Assembly (NCBI RefSeq): GCF_009914755.1
Contig: NC_060927.1
Source: the human T2T-CHM13v2.0 reference genome, Homo sapiens
Reading direction: 5' to 3' (one strand)
Length of the DNA: 64,000 nt
Shown: piece by piece, positions 58,001-64,000 of the stretch
Position numbering within the stretch: the first letter of the stretch is position 1
Layout of the letters: each line of letters begins with the position of its first letter
The notes under the pieces: generated by a model
What the model was told of the DNA's origin: nothing
The model's input: only the letters and a program-made list of their open reading frames with translations
Databases searched by the model: none
Program-made: the position numbers and the translations under genes

Positions 58001-60059
58001 GTTATGGTGAAGGGGTGCCAGCCTGTGCTCAAAACCAATGTCAGTGAGAAGGTTGAACAGTGGAGTCAAAAGGCTGTTAATAATGTAATACTTATAGTTA
58101 GGGAAGTAATGATACAGTTCTCCTTGGTCCCAAAACCAACTACTCACTAATATCACAAAGAGAAAAGAGAACTATGTTCAAAGGAGAGGGATCGTGATGT
58201 AGGCTGACTCCAAGCCATGCTAACACTTACTTCACCAGTGAACCCTACTTTGAGGAGGCATCTCATGGAACCAGTGTTCTACAGAACACACTTCAAGAAA
58301 CATAAAACCTTATGATCAATTGGTAGTGATGTTATAAAGAGAAAAATGAATATTGAATGAAGTATTGATGGCTAGTAAGGCATTTCTAAATAGAAATAGG
58401 ATAATTGCTGTGTCACCTACAGTGTAATATTTATACAGGATAGATCTCTCTAAATTACAAGTCTCTTAATAATGTCTTGGCTTGTTCAAAGGAATAATGA
58501 AATTTTTAAAAAATGATTTTTTACAGGGTAGACTGTATCTATGGTCCTAAACTCTATATTTTAAACTCCAGAACAGCTTTTAAAACTCTGACCATAGGGC
58601 ACCATAAGCAACAGAACAAATGGAGTTCTGCTTTCTTTTTGAAAAGGATTATTGTGCAACTCATCTCTATGAATGTAAAATGCCAGAAACCTCCATGGCT
58701 GCAGAAAATCTAGTACCTTTCAAAGTTTTCTTTTGAAAGCTCTGAAGAATGAGATTGATGATAGAATCCCTAATGTCTCTTTTTTTTGTAATCCACACCA
58801 CACAAGATTTAAGAGCCAAGCCAGAAAACATCAAATGACTTGTTCAGCATTGTTCAAGGAGAAACATTGATGTTTTCTGCCACTGACAAGAAACACTAAG
58901 ATTTTTATAAAAGGTAAAATGAGATATGACCAGCAGCATGTCTACTACAAGATGCTGTTACACCAACTACCATAAGCAGAACAATATAAAACAAATTCAT
59001 ATTCCTGACTGCCTGAAAGGAAAAAGACCCTCACAAATCCACAGTGCATGAAAGAAAAATGGTGTTAACAAAAAAAATGAATATAAAGCTGGTCCCAGTG
59101 ACCTCTAAGCCTGTAAAAATCAAACACACTTTTACATAACTTTATTATTTCTTGTTTACAGCTAGTGGTAGATAACTCTGGTATTCACTGAACAAGGGAA
59201 AGCAAAATACTCTTATCATTTTAAGGCCCAACTCAGCCAATACAGACACATTTTTTTTCTAATTGATTTTTCTCTTCAGTCTTTAAAAATAGAAACTACA
59301 TCACCACCTGGTAAAATAACTACTAAGCACTTAACTGTATGGGATTATGGTGGTCACAGGGAAAAGAGAATTACTAGGCATAGCCCACCGGCTTAGAATT
59401 CTATATGAACAAGATATCCTAAATTTGTAAAGACTGTATGGTCTTTAAGCTATTTCATTTACATGGCCACATTTCAGTTTCTCAATATGCTTGTGAGATA
59501 GTCAAGGCAGGTGATACAACATCCAAATCAGAACAGAAAGCTGAGCATCACCAACTCAGTCGGTCATCATGCCTGAGAACTTCCAGTAAGTACGGAGTGA
59601 GGACTGCAACACAAGGACCCTAATTCCATATCTAAGGGTCTTTCTCCCACACTATAGCTGTTAAGCAATCAAGTTCTCTATACTTGCTCCTTATAACAAA
59701 GTTGTTGCTTGCCTCTTTCACAATAAGTTTTAAAATGAATAATAACAACTGAAAGGGTTACCTTCACCCAGCCAAAGAGTGAGTGAAAAGTAGAAATGGG
59801 CAGCTTTTGTAGGTCCCTGATATCAAGGCAGCAAACATCAGCCTATGGACTCAGACTTCAGACAGCCATTGTGCACAGCAGCTTCTCTGTATACAGGTGA
59901 AATCAATACTTAAGTAAGGACTAGTCCACAGAATCCAAAGGAATCTAAATCTCTTTACAGATTATCATGATAGCCATGGTCATCAGGAAGACACATACCA
60001 AAATTAGGAGGAGACATGAATCTGTAAAGATAAAGCAAGAAAAACTCTGGTGGTATCTT

Positions 60060-60385
60060 AGTCGAGGGTCACAAATGGAAATGTCCACAGCAATCAGGCA
60101 GGTAACATAGTGAGGGTAGTGGGCTGGGTCGGAACCAGGGTGAGCTACTATGTGAAGGGGACAGCACTATTTAGTTCTAATTGAGTCCTGTTATGCAGGA
60201 GAACAGGCTCAGTGTTCCCAAATCTTCCCTTTTATCTTTAAAGAGAAACTGGATTATTAGGAGGAATTTGATTCCTGGCAACGAAATGAAAAAAGTAACA
60301 TAGCATGGATCCAACTAAACATGTCTGTTGATTACATTTAGCCAGTATGTCAGATTCAGCCTGCAGACTAACAATTTTCAACTTC
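60060..60385. mobile_element. MER102-like hAT-Charlie element
   Basis: gggtcacaaatggaaatgtccacagcaatcaggcaggtaacata...caggctcagtgttcccaaatcttcc. Confidence 0.55.
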
Positions 60386-60595
60386 AAATTTCATTATTAA
60401 AACTTCTGGTTTAGTCAACAAGACATGTTTGACAATTTCTAGGTTCATGAAAAAATGGTATCTAATTGCTCAAAAATGTCCAACAGAGGGATCATAGAAG
60501 TAAACTAGAATTTTAACCTATTCACTCAATAAGGGTTGGGGAGGCAACCTAAATATACCTACTGTAAGTTTATTATTTCTTTAAAACCTCTGGTT

Positions 60596-60921
<326 letters not shown>

Positions 60922-62594
60922 TTAAAAATTCATGTATTTTTTGCCTTCCAATTCACAACGCATGTGTTCTTCCTTTTAATATCAAGAAAGGTGATTTTCA
61001 CCCCCAAAATCTCTAGTAAAGACTCTCCAGGACAATGTGCCACATTTATTCTGTGGCTTTCAAAACCTCTGCAAACCATGTTTAAGAAGCATAGCCCTAG
61101 ATTAACCAGAGTTCTTTCAAGAGTACCACCCTTTCTTACATCCAGCAGTCCTTGGACCTAAAGCTTTAGCTCCAGCTATCCATCAGACTGACAGCAGTCA
61201 AGGGCCAGAAGTTGGTGTGGCATTCACAAAGAGAGACATGCTTCCAAAAATTCTCAAGACACAGCCTGCTGGTCTTGCTTAATCTGATCAACACCCTGAC
61301 TACTCTCAGAAACAATGGCCATGATTTTTCAGGCCTTCTCTGGCCTCTTGCCTTTCAAAACAATGTCTCCGCTGAAATGCCCAGAAGAATAACGTATCTT
61401 CCTGTCAGGGTTGAGACTACAAAACTTCCTCCAAAATTGCCTCATACTGCTTTTATCTTTAATGCTAAAGTTCACTGAGAAGTAGTGGGACATCAGAATA
61501 ACTCAGTGGTAGAGCATCACATGGAAATTGAAGCTCCCCTAGCAGCACCAGGGCATTCTCAGAGACATCTCTTCAGAGGATCAACAAAACTATAAAATAT
61601 ACTAAATATTTAGAAGCAAGTATGTTTCTAAGCCCATATCTCTAACAAGGTAGACTCAGGACCAGCATACATAAACATTTCAAGGCTACAGACACATAGG
61701 GACACACAATATTATATATTAAAATGTGGTAGAGCCTGAAAAACTGTGTGCCTCACCTACATTTTGTTTTTTAATCTTGTTTGATTTCAAAGAGGATTCT
61801 TAAGTGTATTTCTCTTGTATTCTTCTATCTCCAGACACCAGAAATGCCCTTTGTGTGGCAATGATTAATGGCTCTCAAAAGCAAAAGAAACTGTCTACTC
61901 TGAAAGCTTTCTGAGTCTCTAGATGTAGCCTATTTTTTCTGTGATAAATATCACCATATTTTTATGCACAATATTTTCCCCCTAGAAACTGCATAATCAT
62001 GCTAGCTAAACATTGGTATAGGATTTTACTTTGAAACCTTTGGGATGTTTCCTCCATCTGCCAAGAGGCATTCTGCAGATAATCATCCTTCATGGTTTCA
62101 AACCAAAAGGAAAAAAAGTTAAAGATTAAAACTGCCAGAAAACCATAGAGTTAACTTACTTCCATTCACAGGCCTGAGAGGAAGCCACAAAGGAATTTCT
62201 GACAATTGCAATTTTTAAATATGCCAATAAAATGTTAACATTCGAGACTCATTAAGCAGATTTGTAGCATTCACTTCACATCTGATGTGCTAGGGCCTCA
62301 GAAAATAGATTTTTTTACCCACTAGCGACAGTAAAGAAGACTCTGGCCACTGCAGTCCTTAACAAGGCAAAATAAAGCCTATTCTCCATGAGTTATGAGA
62401 TGGCATAAAAAGAAGTAAGGATCTGCCCTGATAACATCCAGATAATGGTGGCTTGGGTATAATCTGCTGTGCCTCCAAATCAGGAGTTAAATGATAACAG
62501 ATAGTTGTGGACTTTAAACCACCAACCTCCCTTGCTATACACCTCCCCACTCCGTACACCAGCAAGATATTATAAGAGGTTGTGGTGGAATGAT

Positions 62595-64000
62595 GAAGTG
62601 AGAATTATCCCTGGGAGGCAAGTTTGGTTCAACATACATAAATCAATAAATGTGATCCATCATATTCACAGAGTGAAGGACAAAAACCATACGATCATCT
62701 CAATAGATGCAGAAAAAGCATGTGACAAAAGTCAGCATATTTTTATAATTAAAACTCTCAACAAATTAGATATAGAAGAAATGTTCCTCAACACAATAAA
62801 GGCTATATATGACAAGCCTACAGCTAACATTATACTCAACACTGAAAAGTCAAATGCTTTCCATCTAAGATCAGGAAGAAGACAAAGATGGCTACTCTAA
62901 CTACTTCTGTTTAACATAGTACTAGAAGTCCTAGCCAGAGTGATTAGGCAAGAGAAAGAAATACAATGTATCCAAATAGGAAAATATGAATTGAAATTGT
63001 CTGTTTGCTGAGGACATGATCTTATATAGAAAATCCTAAAGACTCCACACCCAAAACCTACTAGAACTGATAAAAGCAGTAAAGTTGCAGGATACAAAAC
63101 CAACATGCAAAAATCAGCAGTGTTTCTATACACTAACCACAAACTGTCTGAAAAAAGAAACTAAGAAAATAATCCCACCTGCAATAGCATCAAAAAAAAT
63201 ACATAGGTGTAAATTAAACTAAGGAAAAAAAAGATGTGTATACTGAAAACTACAAAACACAGATGAAAGAAATAGAAAATGACACAAATAAATGGAAAGA
63301 TATCCCATGTTCATGGATTGGAAGAATTCAATCTAATTTAATTTAATAATACCAATTCAATTCAATCCAATTCAATTTAATAATATGAATTCTTCCAATC
63401 CTTGGATTGGAAGAATTCATATTATTAAATTGTCTATAGTAACCAAAGCAATCTACAAATTTAATGCAATCCCTATCAAAATTCTAACGTAATTCTTCAC
63501 AGAAATCGAAAAAAAATCCTAAAATTCATATGGAACCACAAAAGACACTGAAAAGCCAAAGCAATCGTGACCAAAAAGAACAAAGCTGGAGGCATCACAC
63601 TACCTGATTACAAAATATATTCCAAAGCAATAATAATCAAAATGGCATAGGACTGGCATAAAAACAGACACATCAACCAAAGGAATAGGATAGAGAGCTC
63701 AAAAATAAACCCACACGTCTACAGTCAATTAATTTTCAACAAAGGTGCCAAGAACACTAATGGGGAAAAGATGGTCTCGTCAATAAATTGTGCTTGAAAA
63801 GCCACAGATAAAATTTAAATGTCCTTCATCTCACTCTTATAAAAGAATCAACTCACAATTAGTTAAAGACTTAATGTAAGACCTGAAACTATAAAACTAC
63901 CAGAAGAAAACATAGGGGGAAACCTACATGACAGTGGTCTGGGCAATGATTTCTTGGAGATGACCCCAAAAACACAGGCAATGAAAGCTAAACAAATTAG
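62595..64000 (+). mobile_element. Old L1 (L1MA-age) ORF2 RT and C-terminal region, continuing beyond the window
   Basis: ORF 62505..62900 contains [35 protein letters not shown]...[23 protein letters not shown] near 63004. Confidence 0.9.
63373..63432. repeat. Perfect inverted repeat, 29-bp arms with 2-nt spacer
   Basis: caatttaataatatgaattcttccaatcc (63373-63401), tt, ggattggaagaattcatattattaaattg (63404-63432). Confidence 0.95.

Overview
Human genomic DNA, identified by an L1HS-Ta element plus AluY, MER41 and THE1. The window is repeat-dense, AT-rich and CpG-poor, consistent with intergenic sequence or a large intron. I see no recognisable protein-coding exon, RNA gene, CpG island or CRISPR array. 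Most ORFs in the track come from L1, Alu, LTR, MIR or L2 sequence, and the rest look like chance frames. Main content: (1) a nested L1/Alu stack at 0.75-3.6 kb that includes a 5'-truncated L1HS-Ta; (2) an LTR cluster at 24-34 kb (MER57, two LTR47, MER39, MER41B, LTR33, ERVL internal, MER4E); (3) a MER45B DNA transposon expanded to 8.7 kb by MER4E, AluY and a full-length, inactivated L1PA6-like element that itself holds an AluY; (4) Tigger1, Tigger3, THE1 and an old L1 ORF2 running off the end. I found no convincing new biological system. The best leads are two AluYs 20 kb apart that share an unusual linker insertion, an L1HS-Ta with no TSD, a perfect 29-bp-arm palindrome inside an old L1, and weak signs of a spliced minus-strand transcript. 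Subfamily names come from remembered consensus sequences and need RepeatMasker/Dfam confirmation. Boundaries of old repeats are approximate.
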